Source: Chlamydiota bacterium (GTDB lineage: Bacteria > Chlamydiota > Chlamydiia > Chlamydiales > SM23-39). Taken from it: 17,124 bases of DNA. Both the position numbers and the translations under genes were made by a program. The notes below the pieces were generated by a model that made no database searches, was not told where the DNA came from, and worked only from the letters and a program-made list of their open reading frames with translations. Shown here in pieces: positions 16,907-17,124 of this stretch. Where the stretch lies: NCBI GenBank assembly GCA_039179045.1, contig JBCDEZ010000034.1, positions 1 through 17,124 on the forward strand, given 5' to 3'. The first letter of the stretch is position 1. The number at the start of each line of letters is the position of its first letter.

Positions 16907-17124
16907 GAGCACATCCAAGTAGAATGTGTCTGTTTCTCAGGGGGGCGTATTTACATTTCCTTGCAAAAAACTTCTTCTAGGTTGTTTCCGTTCATATAAA
17001 AATACTTTTGAGTCCGTTTTAGACTTTTCTTGCCCTGTACTGCGCGAAGAATATTCAAGGCCCATTTTCTAGCTAGAGACATGTTTTCAGGAGAGTGGTC
17101 TTTGGAAATCTGTGATCTGTCTTC

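Noticed and set aside
1..17124. CRISPR array, tRNA/rRNA, integrase/transposase or defence system
   Set aside because: No regularly spaced repeats, cloverleaf signatures or matching ORFs were recognised.

Overview
Core-genome window that very likely comes from an environmental (non-Chlamydiaceae) member of the phylum Chlamydiota. This is inferred from the dacA-ybbR-lpxL(htrB) operon, the double-length uvrA and the proximity of pyk to uvrA. Layout: a tightly coupled + strand operon (dacA, ybbR, a WabG/WaaG-like GT4 glycosyltransferase, lpxL with a C-terminal extension, rsmE); a convergent long-form pyruvate kinase; a ~3 kb accessory islet between pyk and uvrA; the tandem-duplicated uvrA; a small 4-TM protein gene; and a convergent csaA-like gene. 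The islet carries an orphan hydrophobic protein and a secreted beta-lactamase/PBP-fold protein whose catalytic SxxK motif reads AIST. The main unannotated signal is a ~190-250 bp non-coding element present twice in opposite orientations (3-200 and 9966-10165), about 70% identical by hand alignment. The complete copy is bounded by short GGGGTTC/GAACCCC inverted ends. No tRNA, rRNA, CRISPR array or transposase was recognised.
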